From positions 44,730 through 108,729 of the forward strand of contig DATMDR010000061.1 of NCBI GenBank assembly GCA_035557635.1: a stretch of 64,000 nt of DNA, written 5' to 3'. The DNA comes from Solirubrobacterales bacterium. Its GTDB lineage: Bacteria > Actinomycetota > Thermoleophilia > Solirubrobacterales > 70-9. The notes beneath the pieces are model-generated. The model ran no database searches. It was not told the origin of the DNA and was given only the letters and a program-made list of their open reading frames with translations. The position numbers and the translations under genes were made by a program. Shown here piece by piece: positions 47,668 to 56,596 of the stretch. Every line of letters starts with the position of its first letter. The first letter of the stretch is position 1.

Positions 47668-47687
47668 GATGTAAAAAAGATGTAAAA
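47668..47687. promoter_or_regulatory. 11-bp-phased direct repeat GATGTAAAA x2 upstream of pstS (candidate Pho box)
   Basis: GATGTAAAA at 47668-47676 and 47679-47687. AT-rich in a GC-rich intergenic region, about 105-125 bp upstream of the pstS start. Confidence 0.5.
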
Positions 47688-47715
47688 GAGCGTCGGGAGT
47701 GCCGGTTGGCGCGCC

Positions 47716-48003
47716 TCATCCGTCCGGCGAGAAGCGGTAGCCGATGCCGCTGTGGGTGTGGATCAGGCGAAGCTCCGGCAACGCCTCGCCGAGCTTGGAG
47801 CGCAGGCGGCTGACGTAGACGTCGACCGAGCGGTCGTCGTGGCGCGGCTCGCCGCCCCAGACCTGGGAGTAGAGCTCCTCGCGGGTCATGATCCGCTGTG
47901 GGTGCTCGGCCAGCGTGGCGAGCAGCTGGAGCTCCCGCATCGTCAGGCTCAGGGGTCGCCCGTCGACCAGTGCCGCGTGCTCCTCCAGCCGAATCTCCAG
48001 CAT
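47716..48003 (-). CDS. stand-alone OmpR/PhoB-type winged-helix DNA-binding domain (no receiver domain)
   Basis: 95 aa: LSLTMRELQLLATLAEHP..IMTREELYSQVWG...RSVDVYVSRLRSKL...IHTHSGIGYRF. Paralogous to the C-terminus of the adjacent regulator. Only 36 nt separate the two genes. Confidence 0.75.
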   Translation of the reverse strand: MLEIRLEEHAALVDGRPLSLTMRELQLLATLAEHPQRIMTREELYSQVWGGEPRHDDRSVDVYVSRLRSKLGEALPELRLIHTHSGIGYRFSPDG

Positions 48004-48039
48004 CCGGTCGAGGATCGCCGCACCCGGCGGCCGGCCGGG

Positions 48040-48840
48040 TTACGCAGCCGTAAAGCTGCTGTGAACTAGTTGTGAATCCGGCGCCTCGGCTGGCTCCGCG
48101 GCCTTTGCCGCCGCCGGCGGCGGCACGGTGCCGTCGACCGGCTCCGGGTCGAAGCGGTAGCCGACGCCGAAGTGGGTGTGGATGTAGCCCCAGCCCGGCG
48201 AGCGCTTCTCCAGCTTTTGGCGCAGCTTGCGGACGAAGACGTCGACCGAGCGGTCGCCGTGGGCCATCGCGTAGCCCCAGACGCGCTGGTAGATCGCCTC
48301 GCGCTCGAGCACCTGGCCTTCGGCATCGGCAAGCAGGAGAAGCAGCTCGAACTCACGGCGAGTGAGGTCGAGGCTGGTGCCGCCGACGAAGGCCTGGAAC
48401 TGATCGGCGCGGATCTCCATCTCGCCGGCAAGCATCGGCCCTGCCTCGACCCGGGGCTGAGAGCGGCGGCGGCGGCGCGAGACGGCTTCGATCCGTGCCA
48501 TCACCTCTTCGGGGTGGCAGGGCTTGGCGATCCAGTCGTCGACGCCGAGGCGGAGGCCGCGCACCCGCTGCGCCACGGTCGAGCGACCGGTGCAGACGAT
48601 CACGCCGAGGTCGGGGAGCATCCCGCAGACTCGCTCGAGGTAGCTCCAGCCCTCGTCGCCCAGAACCGCCGGGTCGACCAGCAGGGCGTTTAGCTTCATC
48701 GCCACCAGCTCCTCCGGAGGAATGACGCTGGCGACCTGCCGGTGCTGCCACCCGGTCGCCTCGATGCGCTTCGCGAGGACGGTGACGAAACCGCTGTCGT
48801 CGTCGATCACCGCGAGCCGAATGGTCTGCTGCTGGGTCAC
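48040..48840 (-). CDS. OmpR-family response regulator (PhoP/RegX3-like by context)
   Basis: Receiver residues DDD, LLVD, CTG, AKP, plus a trans_reg_C domain (RSVDVFVRKLRQKL...HTHFGVGYRF). GTG start. Confidence 0.88.
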   Translation of the reverse strand: MTQQQTIRLAVIDDDSGFVTVLAKRIEATGWQHRQVASVIPPEELVAMKLNALLVDPAVLGDEGWSYLERVCGMLPDLGVIVCTGRSTVAQRVRGLRLGVDDWIAKPCHPEEVMARIEAVSRRRRRSQPRVEAGPMLAGEMEIRADQFQAFVGGTSLDLTRREFELLLLLADAEGQVLEREAIYQRVWGYAMAHGDRSVDVFVRKLRQKLEKRSPGWGYIHTHFGVGYRFDPEPVDGTVPPPAAAKAAEPAEAPDSQLVHSSFTAA

Positions 48841-49107
48841 GTTGACACGATTCTATGCTGTAGCGGCGACGGGGCGGGGGTGGAAATCCCTGCGTTCACA
48901 GGATTTTCACAGCCCAAAGCATCCTAATTGCGGGAAAGTCGCCCATGGGGCTTCTCCGGATGTTCACCCCCCGGCGCCGTGCCGGCTGCAGACTTCACCT
49001 CACGAGACTCCTCTCTCGTCGCGAACGGCCCCCTGCCCCGGGCCGTTCGCATTTTCGGAGGCGCCTGGAACGACAGCGGATCCTGGCGAAGCGCTAGATT
49101 CCCGAGT

Positions 49108-49365
49108 GTGAAGTTCCCCTCGCGCCCCGCTCGCCTAGCCGCCGCCCTCTGCGCGGCGCTCACCATGCTGCTGGTCGCGGCGCCGGCGGCGCTGGCCGAG
49201 AACGGTGTCGGCCTGGCGGGGCCAGTGACCGACAAGGAAATCACCTTCTTCTGCTTCGGAGTGATCGGCTTTTTCGCGCTCCTCGTGGTCGTCCTCTCGC
49301 TGGTCCAGGCGAAGCTGGAGAAGCGCAAAGAACTGCGCCGCCAAGACCTGGATCGCTTCGGCTGA
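49108..49365 (+). CDS. small secreted/membrane-anchored hypothetical protein
   Basis: GTG start. Signal-like ARLAAALCAALTMLLVAAPAALA and C-terminal TM FFCFGVIGFFALLVVVLSLV. Weak support. Confidence 0.35.
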   Translation: MKFPSRPARLAAALCAALTMLLVAAPAALAENGVGLAGPVTDKEITFFCFGVIGFFALLVVVLSLVQAKLEKRKELRRQDLDRFG

Positions 49366-49371
49366 GCCGCG

Positions 49372-50220
49372 TCAGTCGAGTCTGAATCCAGTCAGCAGAC
49401 GCTTCTCGGTCTCGCCGTCAATTGCGGCAAGGACTTCCACTCGGCCCTCGAGCGGAGTGTCGCGGATCTTGGTCGCCAGCAGGTCGTCGACCTGGAAGAT
49501 CCCGGCTGAGTTGTTGAGCTCGATCTCGATCCGCACCGGGCGCTCCTCCCCCGCCTCGATCCGGACCTCGTCGATCGCCGCGGCGGAGATCGAGTGGATC
49601 CCCTCCTGGCCCGCCTCCAGCGGCAGGCGCGTGCGCCCCTGGGCCATGTCGAGCGCGTCGGCGACCCGCACCACGCCGGCTTCCAGCGTGTAGGGCTGGC
49701 CGCGGCGGCGGTGGCCGATGATCGCGTGCAGGATCTCCGAGGCAATCACGGTCCGCTGTGGCTCGGAATAGGAGTCGGCCAGCAAACGGTCGAGGGCGTT
49801 GCTGGCGAGAAAGAGGCTGTAGGCCTCGTGATCGGCGCGGTGGATCGACATGCCGACGTCGTGCAGCAAAGCGCCACCGGCGACGACCACCTCGGCGTCG
49901 CGGGCGCTCATCCCATGGTCGGCGACGACCGCCGGCTCCTCCCCGGCCTTGACCAGGAGGCGCAGCAGCCGCAGGGCGATGTTGAGGACGATCTGGGTGT
50001 GCACCCAGGAGTGGTCGGACATGCCGAGCCGCTCCGCATGGACCTGCGCCATGTACCACCAGGCCCGAACCTGCTCGTCCTCGTTGACCGCCGACAGGAA
50101 GCTGTCGAGCCGACGGTTGCCGCGGGTCGGTGCCCTCACCCGCGCCTCGGCGATCGCCTCCTTCGGCGGTTTGCGCTTCGGCCCCTTCGGGTCAGGCGTG
50201 GGAACTGCCTCGCCGGTCAC
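49372..50220 (-). CDS. HD-domain phosphohydrolase
   Basis: HSWVHTQIV...GALLHDVGMSIHRADHE HD motif. Confidence 0.8.
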   Translation of the reverse strand: MTGEAVPTPDPKGPKRKPPKEAIAEARVRAPTRGNRRLDSFLSAVNEDEQVRAWWYMAQVHAERLGMSDHSWVHTQIVLNIALRLLRLLVKAGEEPAVVADHGMSARDAEVVVAGGALLHDVGMSIHRADHEAYSLFLASNALDRLLADSYSEPQRTVIASEILHAIIGHRRRGQPYTLEAGVVRVADALDMAQGRTRLPLEAGQEGIHSISAAAIDEVRIEAGEERPVRIEIELNNSAGIFQVDDLLATKIRDTPLEGRVEVLAAIDGETEKRLLTGFRLD

Positions 50221-50246
50221 GGGGGATCGTAGGGGAGGGGTCAGCG

Positions 50247-50771
50247 TTAACCGCAGACAGGCCAGGGACTCGAGCCCGAGCTGGCGTAAAGCAGTGCCGC
50301 CCGGTAGTCCTGCTCTGACTCTGAGGCCGCAGCTGGGTCACCGGAGCCGCCGACGGAGGCCCAGGTTTCGAAGGAGAACTGGTACTTGCCGCGGTAGCTG
50401 CCGTCGGCGGAGACGATGGTCGGGTCGCCCCCCGACTCGCAGGCGGCGATCGCCTCGAGGGTGGCGCGCGAGACGCCGCCGGGCAGGGTGGCGAACAGCT
50501 CGCGTCGCTTGCGGCGCAGCTCGGCGCGGCGTTCTGCCTCCATGCGATCGGCGACCGCGTGAACCGTGCGGTGGAAGCGTTCGATCGGCCACTCGAGGGC
50601 AGCGGGCTCGGCCGGCCTGGCGCCGGCGAGGCCGATCCGCGGCTGGCTGGGGTCGCCGTCGACCGCGGCGATGGCGGCAGCCGGGAAGGCGATGGCGGCA
50701 ATCAGGACAGAGACGATGTATGTGCGTTTCGTAAGCAAGACGCGGAACCGTGTCGAGGTTCTGCTGTCCAC
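50247..50771 (-). CDS. Rpf-like (resuscitation-promoting factor type) transglycosylase
   Basis: Signal peptide, then IAACESGGDP....YRGKYQFSFETW and a C-terminal WPVCG. Confidence 0.8.
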   Translation of the reverse strand: MDSRTSTRFRVLLTKRTYIVSVLIAAIAFPAAAIAAVDGDPSQPRIGLAGARPAEPAALEWPIERFHRTVHAVADRMEAERRAELRRKRRELFATLPGGVSRATLEAIAACESGGDPTIVSADGSYRGKYQFSFETWASVGGSGDPAAASESEQDYRAALLYASSGSSPWPVCG

Positions 50772-50916
50772 AGGGTGACCGCCGTCACATACCGCGAGCT
50801 GCTAGAGCCAAACGTCACGAGCTCAGGCGTGAACCAGAACTGCCGGCGATGCCCTTGAAGCGGATCTTGCGGCTGCGGAGCGGCATCATGCACGGATCGC
50901 GGAGCACCCGACAACG

Positions 50917-51747
50917 CGCCTGCTGCTGGCCTGCCCAGACCGGCCGGGGCTGATCGCCGCGGTCAGCGGCTTCCTCGCCGATGCCGGCCTCAACATCGTC
51001 GACGCCGACCAGCACTCCAGCGGGGAGGGGCGGTTCTTCATGCGGATGGTGTTCGAGCCGGCCTCCGAGGCAGAGCGGGCGGGCCTCTACCGGCGCTTCG
51101 ACGAGGAGATCGGCGAGCCGCTGCAGATGGATTACCGCTTCGCCGAGTCGGGTGAGCGCAAGCGGATCGCGATCATGGTCTCGCGCGAGGACCACTGCCT
51201 CTCTGACCTGCTCTGGCGCTGGCGCAGCGGCGAGTTGGGCGCCGACCTCGTAGGGGTCATCTCCAACCACCCCGACCACGGCGACCAGGTTGGGTCGCTC
51301 GGACTGCCCTTCCACCAGGTGCCGGTGGAGCCGACCGCGAAGGCTGAGGCCGAGGCGCAGATGCTGGAGCTGCTCGAAGGGCAGGTGGACCTGCTCGTCC
51401 TCGCCCGCTACATGCAGGTCCTCTCCGGCAAGTTCCTGGAGCGGCTGGGCGCGCCGGCGATCAACATCCACCACAGCTTCCTGCCCGCCTTCGTCGGCGC
51501 CGATCCCTACCGCCGCGCCCACGAGCGCGGCGTCAAGTTGATCGGCGCCACCGCCCACTACGTCACCGAGGACCTCGACGCCGGGCCGATCATCGACCAG
51601 GATGTGACCCGGGTCAGCCACCGCGACGAGGTCGGCGATCTGATGCAGATCGGACGGGACGTCGAGCGCCTCGTCCTCTCCCGCGCCGTCAAGGCCCACC
51701 TCGACGACCGGGTCCTCCTCGACGGCGATAGAACCATCGTCTTCTAG
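50917..51747 (+). CDS. purU: formyltetrahydrofolate deformylase; start codon unresolved
   Basis: ACT-like N-terminus RLLLACPDRPGLIAAVSGFLADAGLNIV, then formyltransferase core (ISNHPD, LARYMQVLS, INIHHSFLPAFVGA, GATAHYVTEDLDAGPII). No in-frame ATG/GTG/TTG between the stop at 50830 and 51040. Confidence 0.85.
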   Translation, partial: RLLLACPDRPGLIAAVSGFLADAGLNIVDADQHSSGEGRFFMRMVFEPASEAERAGLYRRFDEEIGEPLQMDYRFAESGERKRIAIMVSREDHCLSDLLWRWRSGELGADLVGVISNHPDHGDQVGSLGLPFHQVPVEPTAKAEAEAQMLELLEGQVDLLVLARYMQVLSGKFLERLGAPAINIHHSFLPAFVGADPYRRAHERGVKLIGATAHYVTEDLDAGPIIDQDVTRVSHRDEVGDLMQIGRDVERLVLSRAVKAHLDDRVLLDGDRTIVF

Positions 51748-51844
51748 CGCGCAGAGAGTGACTTCGCCTTTTTTCGCGATAGTGGCGAAGAAAAGCGAAG
51801 TCAGCGGGCTGGCTGGCTGGCCAGTTTTATCGTAAGGTGCTTCG

Positions 51845-53197
51845 ATGGAGCAGGCGACGATTCCCCGGCCGCGGACCCGCGCCACGCCGGCTTCCGCGCG
51901 ACCACCCGGCTCGCGGGCACCGGCGCTGGTGCAGGGGCTGAGATACGTGCGCGACCCGCTTGGCTTCCTGAGTGGGCTGCAGCGCCGCTACGGCGACGTC
52001 TTCTCGGTTGCCTTCCCCTACTTCGGCCGGGTCGTCTACGTCGCCAGCCCGGAGCTGGTCAAAGCGGTCTTCACGGGCTCACCCGACCAGTTCCACGCCG
52101 GCGAGGCGAACGCAACCGTGCTCGAGCCGGCGCTGGGCCCGAACTCCGTCCTCACCCTCGACGAGGGCCCGCACATGCGCCAGCGCAAGCTGCTGCTGCC
52201 CCCATTCCACGGCGAGCGCATCGGTCACTACGGAGAGCTGATGCGGGAGATCACGCTGCGGGAGATGGAGAGCTGGCCGGTGGGCGAGCCGTTCGCGTTG
52301 CGCCCCCACACGCAGCGGATCACCCTGGCGGTGATCATGCGCGCCGTTTTCGGCGTCCACGATGAGGAGCGGCTGGCCCGCTTCGAGCGGCTGATCGACG
52401 ACTTCAGCCAGCGCGTCAACCTGATCACCTCCTTCCCCGCCCTGCGCAGGGACCTCGGCCGCTGGAGCCCCTGGTCGCGCTTCCTCCGCTCACGCGAGGC
52501 GCTCGACGAGTTCATCTACGAGGAGATCGCGATCCGCCGCGCCGAGGCGGCGGGCGAGGGTGAGGGCGACGACGTGCTCTCGCTGTTGCTGCAGGCTCGC
52601 CATGACGACGGCAGCCCGATGAGCGACGAGGAGCTGCGCGACGAGCTGGTGACCGTGCTCGGTGCCGGGCACGAGACCACGGCGACCGCGCTGGCTTGGG
52701 CGATGGAGCGGCTTCTGCGCACTCCGCGGGCACTGCAGCGGTTGCGCGAGTCGATCGCGGCGGGCGAGGACGACTACCTCGCGGCGACGGCGAAAGAGAC
52801 GCTGCGGGCCCGGCCGGTGATCCTCGACGTGGCGCGCAAGCTGACCGCGCCGGCCGAGATCGGCGGCTACCAGCTGGCGGCGGGCACCTTCGTGATGCCG
52901 GCGATCGCCGCCCTTCACTACCGCGAGGACCTCTTCCCGCAGCCGCAGGAGTTCCGGCCCGAGCGCTTCCTCGATGGCAAGGCCGACAACTACGCCTGGA
53001 TCCCCTTCGGCGGCGGCGTGCGCCGCTGCATCGGGGCCGCCTTCGCCGAATACGAGATGAAGGTGATCCTGCGCGCGATCCTCGAGCGAGCCGACCTCGA
53101 GGCTCCCGATCCGAAGCCGGAGCGGGTCAAGGTCCGCAACATCACCCTGGCGCCCGGCAAGGGCGCCCAGGTCACCCTGACTCGGCCCCTGCGCTAG
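51845..53197 (+). CDS. cytochrome P450
   Basis: AGHETT I-helix motif, ETLR K-helix motif, heme-binding loop FGGGVRRCIGAAFA. Confidence 0.93.
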   Translation: MEQATIPRPRTRATPASARPPGSRAPALVQGLRYVRDPLGFLSGLQRRYGDVFSVAFPYFGRVVYVASPELVKAVFTGSPDQFHAGEANATVLEPALGPNSVLTLDEGPHMRQRKLLLPPFHGERIGHYGELMREITLREMESWPVGEPFALRPHTQRITLAVIMRAVFGVHDEERLARFERLIDDFSQRVNLITSFPALRRDLGRWSPWSRFLRSREALDEFIYEEIAIRRAEAAGEGEGDDVLSLLLQARHDDGSPMSDEELRDELVTVLGAGHETTATALAWAMERLLRTPRALQRLRESIAAGEDDYLAATAKETLRARPVILDVARKLTAPAEIGGYQLAAGTFVMPAIAALHYREDLFPQPQEFRPERFLDGKADNYAWIPFGGGVRRCIGAAFAEYEMKVILRAILERADLEAPDPKPERVKVRNITLAPGKGAQVTLTRPLR

Positions 53198-55082
53198 CCG
53201 CCTGCTCGGCCTCTTCCCATTCTTCGAACAACTCGGCGAGGTGGCGCTTCGCATCCGCGTGCCGTTTTTCCGCCCGCTCGGCCTTTTTCGGCGTCGACCA
53301 GGCGGCGGGGTCGGCGAGCTCCTCCTCCACTGCGCGCAGGTCCGCTTCGGCCGCCTCGATCCGCTCGGCGACACGGGTCGCCTTGCGGACCGCCCGCTGT
53401 AGGGGCGCCTTCGAGCCGCGGCGCCGCTTGCCGCCGCTCGCCTTCTTCGCGGAAGCGGCCGCGGCGGAGACCTCGGCCCCGCGTTCGTCGCGGTCGCGCT
53501 GATAGGCCGCCCAGCCGCTCGGGTGACTGCGCAGCTCACCGTTCTCGCAGACCAGGGTTCTGCTGCCGACCGCCTCCAGCAGCGCCCGGTCGTGGGAGAC
53601 GAGGACCACCGCGCCTTCGAAGGCGCCGAGAGCGTCCTCGAGCGCCTCACGGCTCTCGATGTCGAGGTGGTTGGTCGGCTCGTCCAGGATCAGCACGTTG
53701 GCGCCGGAGGCGACGAGGATCGCCAGCGAGAGGCGCCGCTGCTCGCCGCCGGAGATGTCCTCCAGCGACTTCTCCGCGTCCGCGCCCGAGAAGAGGAAGG
53801 CGCCGAGCAGGTCGCGGGCTTTCTGCCCGCGCAGGCCGGTCTGCCGCTGCGCGGCTTCGAGCACCGTCCCCTCCCCCGCGGCGGTGTCCGCGTGCTGAGA
53901 GAGGTAGCCGATCTTGACGTTGTGCCCGACCCGGATCGAGCCGGAAGGGGGCTCGCGGCGGCCGGCCAAGGCCTCGATCAGCGTCGTCTTGCCGGCGCCG
54001 TTGGGGCCGACGAGGACGGCGTGCTCGCCCCGCTCGAGCTCGAGGTCCGCTGTCTCGAGCAGGGTCCGCCCCGGCACCTCGATCCTCGCTTTCACCGCTC
54101 TCAGCACCACCCGGCCCGGCCGCTCCGGTTTGACGAAGGAGAAGCGCAGGTTGCGCCGGTCGCGCGCCTCGGCGCTCACCCCCTCGCGCTTGACCCGCTC
54201 GATCTGCTTCAGCTTCGACTGGGCCTGTTTGGCCTTGGTCGCCTTGTAGCGGAAGCGCTCGACGAAGCGCTCCATCCGCTCGATCTCCGCTTGCTGGCGC
54301 TCGATCGCCTTGCCGCGGGCGATCTCACGAGCCGCCTGCTCCTTGCGCCAGGCGTGCCAGGGCCCGGCGAAAAAGCGCCCCCGCTTCGCCTCCAGCTCCA
54401 GCACCGAGGTGCCGACCGCCTCCAGGAACCAGCGGTCGTGGGCGACCAGGACGATCGCGGCGTCGAGCTCGCACAGGTGCCTCTCCAGCCACTCGAGCGA
54501 GGGGATGTCGAGGTGGTTCGTCGGCTCGTCGAGCAGCAGCAGGTCGGGCCGGGTGGCGAGCGCCCGCGCGAGCGAGGCCCGGGTCAGCTCCCCTCCCGAG
54601 AAGGTGCCGAGTGAGCGCTCGGCGTCCTCGGCGCCGAAGCCGAGGCCGGCGAGCACCCCGAGGACGCCGTCGCGCCAGCGGTAGCCGCCGCCGGCTTCGA
54701 GCCGTTGTTGCGCGCCAGCGTAGGCGCGCATCGTCTCCTCGGCCGGGTCCTGCTGCGACATCTCCTCCTCCAGCCGCGCCAGCTCCGCCTCGGTGTCGAG
54801 CATCTCGGCACGTCCGGCGAAGACGTACTCGCCCAGCGATACCGCCGACTCACGGGGCGGGCGCTGGTCGTGCAGGGCGACGCGGGCGCCCTTCTGGATG
54901 GAGAGGACACCGGCGTCTGGTGGCCGCTCTCCGGAGAGCACCCGCAGCAGCGTCGACTTGCCGGCGCCGTTGCGGCCGGAGAGCGTCATCCGCTCACGTG
55001 GCTCGAGCTTGAAGGAGACGCCGGCGAAGAGCAGCTTGCCGCCGGCATAGACGTCGAGGCTGGTTGCGGTCGCGATTGCCAT
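53172..55082 (-). CDS. ABC-F family ATPase (Uup/EttA-like)
   Basis: Two ABC cassettes (GRNGAGKST, GPNGAGKTT; two LSGGE signatures) with a linker and a charged coiled-coil C-terminus. No TM domain. Confidence 0.92.
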   Translation of the reverse strand: MAIATATSLDVYAGGKLLFAGVSFKLEPRERMTLSGRNGAGKSTLLRVLSGERPPDAGVLSIQKGARVALHDQRPPRESAVSLGEYVFAGRAEMLDTEAELARLEEEMSQQDPAEETMRAYAGAQQRLEAGGGYRWRDGVLGVLAGLGFGAEDAERSLGTFSGGELTRASLARALATRPDLLLLDEPTNHLDIPSLEWLERHLCELDAAIVLVAHDRWFLEAVGTSVLELEAKRGRFFAGPWHAWRKEQAAREIARGKAIERQQAEIERMERFVERFRYKATKAKQAQSKLKQIERVKREGVSAEARDRRNLRFSFVKPERPGRVVLRAVKARIEVPGRTLLETADLELERGEHAVLVGPNGAGKTTLIEALAGRREPPSGSIRVGHNVKIGYLSQHADTAAGEGTVLEAAQRQTGLRGQKARDLLGAFLFSGADAEKSLEDISGGEQRRLSLAILVASGANVLILDEPTNHLDIESREALEDALGAFEGAVVLVSHDRALLEAVGSRTLVCENGELRSHPSGWAAYQRDRDERGAEVSAAAASAKKASGGKRRRGSKAPLQRAVRKATRVAERIEAAEADLRAVEEELADPAAWSTPKKAERAEKRHADAKRHLAELFEEWEEAEQAASAGAESG

Positions 55083-55130
55083 ATGCCGTTGACACTAGGC
55101 GCCCCAAGACCCGGGCGTAAGCTCCCACTC

Positions 55131-56096
55131 GTGGACGGCGAGGCGTCGCGAAGAGCTAGCTCGACGGCGGTGGCGCTGCGACACCTCGGCGAGCTAGCGA
55201 AGGCGCGAGCGACGCGGCGCTCCAGCGAGCGCGACGACGGGCAGGCGCTGGGTGAGCTGGAGGCAAGGCCGCTGGCGCTGCCGGCGGGCCTCGAGCTGGA
55301 ATGGCTGGGGGTTTCCGGCTACCGGATCAGCTTCGAGGGCAAGACCCTCTTCGTCGATCCCTACCTCTCCCGAGTCCCATTCCGCGACCTCGTGCTGCGC
55401 CGCACTGCGCTTCCCGACCCAGCCGCGCTGGAGCGCTTCGTCCACGCTCCCGGCGAGGTGGTCGGGGTGCTCGTCGGCCACACCCACTTCGACCACGCCG
55501 TCGACGCCCCGGCGATCGTTCGGCGCTTCGGGGGTAAGGCATACGGCTCTGACTCGCTGGTGACCCTGATGGGCCTGCACGGGCTCGCCGAGCAGACTGT
55601 CGAGGTCGAGCCGTACCGCACCTACGAGCTGGGGCCGTTCGAGGTCGGCTTTACCCCCAGCGTCCACTCGAAACTGCTGCTCGGGCGGGCCGTTCCCTAC
55701 GACGGCGACCTCACCTGCGAGCACCTCGACGGGCTCTCCCCCAACGCCTACCGCTGCGGACAGGTCTGGGGGATCTCGATCAAGGTCGCCGGGGTGCGCT
55801 TCTACCACCAGGGCAGCGCCAACCTCCTCGACGACGCGATCCGCGAGCAGGGGGTGGACGTCTTCCTCGCCGGCGTCGCCGGTCGCAACTTCACCCGCGA
55901 CTACTGGAAGCGCATCCTCCCCCGCCTCGATCCCCGCGTAGTCGTCCCCACCCACTACGACAACTTCTTCCACCCGCTCGGGCAGCGGATGGAGTTCGTC
56001 TCCAACGTCCAGCTCGCAGCGCTGCCCGACGAGATCGGCACTGTCAGCGCCGACGTCGAGCTGGCCGCCCTCCCCCGCGCCGACGCTGTGACTTAA
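55131..56096 (+). CDS. MBL-fold metallo-hydrolase
   Basis: VLVGHTHFDH metallo-beta-lactamase motif. Start uncertain (GTG 55131; in-frame ATG 55083 abuts the divergent ABC-F start). Confidence 0.75.
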   Translation: MDGEASRRASSTAVALRHLGELAKARATRRSSERDDGQALGELEARPLALPAGLELEWLGVSGYRISFEGKTLFVDPYLSRVPFRDLVLRRTALPDPAALERFVHAPGEVVGVLVGHTHFDHAVDAPAIVRRFGGKAYGSDSLVTLMGLHGLAEQTVEVEPYRTYELGPFEVGFTPSVHSKLLLGRAVPYDGDLTCEHLDGLSPNAYRCGQVWGISIKVAGVRFYHQGSANLLDDAIREQGVDVFLAGVAGRNFTRDYWKRILPRLDPRVVVPTHYDNFFHPLGQRMEFVSNVQLAALPDEIGTVSADVELAALPRADAVT

Positions 56097-56168
56097 GACT
56101 CACTCCCATTGCAAACTTTTCGCGATCTGGGCACCACTTACGCGGTCGCTCGACCTAGGGTGGGCGCG

Positions 56169-56402
56169 ATGACTCCGATCGATCCAGGCAGTGCTCGGGA
56201 GTTCCTAGAATCGATCATCGCCGCTTTTTCCGTTCTCGGCGGCGGCATGGCGTGTTTCAGCGGCTACTACGCGGCTCAAGCCCTCGCTCAACGGCAACCG
56301 CCTGAATTCGTCGCTCAGCGCATCAACGAAGGCCTTGGCGAGGGATTCAAATGGGTATCCCCGTTTTCGATCGTCGCTCTTATCATTGTGGTGTGGACCT
56401 GA
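56169..56402 (+). CDS. small membrane protein
   Basis: 77 aa with two hydrophobic segments. TGATG overlap with the next small ORF. Confidence 0.4.
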   Translation: MTPIDPGSAREFLESIIAAFSVLGGGMACFSGYYAAQALAQRQPPEFVAQRINEGLGEGFKWVSPFSIVALIIVVWT

Positions 56403-56587
56403 TGGAACGAGTAGTTCGAGCCCCGTGGGGAGCATTCGGCGTTGGCACCGCTACAGCCATACTCACAGCCATTGCGATCCTTGCCCTTGGCGCACCCGCA
56501 TGGATCCTCGTTCCCGTCATATGGGTTGGAGCGGCAACTTACGCCGAGATGAGCTCCCGGGTCAACCGTCGGCTCGGTCGCTGGTAG
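56402..56587 (+). CDS. small membrane protein
   Basis: 61 aa with helices GVGTATAILTAIAILALGA and WILVPVIWVGAA. Coupled to the previous ORF. Confidence 0.4.
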   Translation: MERVVRAPWGAFGVGTATAILTAIAILALGAPAWILVPVIWVGAATYAEMSSRVNRRLGRW

Positions 56588-56596
56588 CTATCGCCG

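Noticed and set aside
50772-50900. Possible ydaO (c-di-AMP) riboswitch upstream of the Rpf-like gene, as seen for some actinobacterial rpf genes
   Set aside because: The available leader is only about 125 nt and is shared with the divergent purU start region. By eye I could not find the conserved ydaO core segments. A covariance-model scan would be needed, so no call is made.
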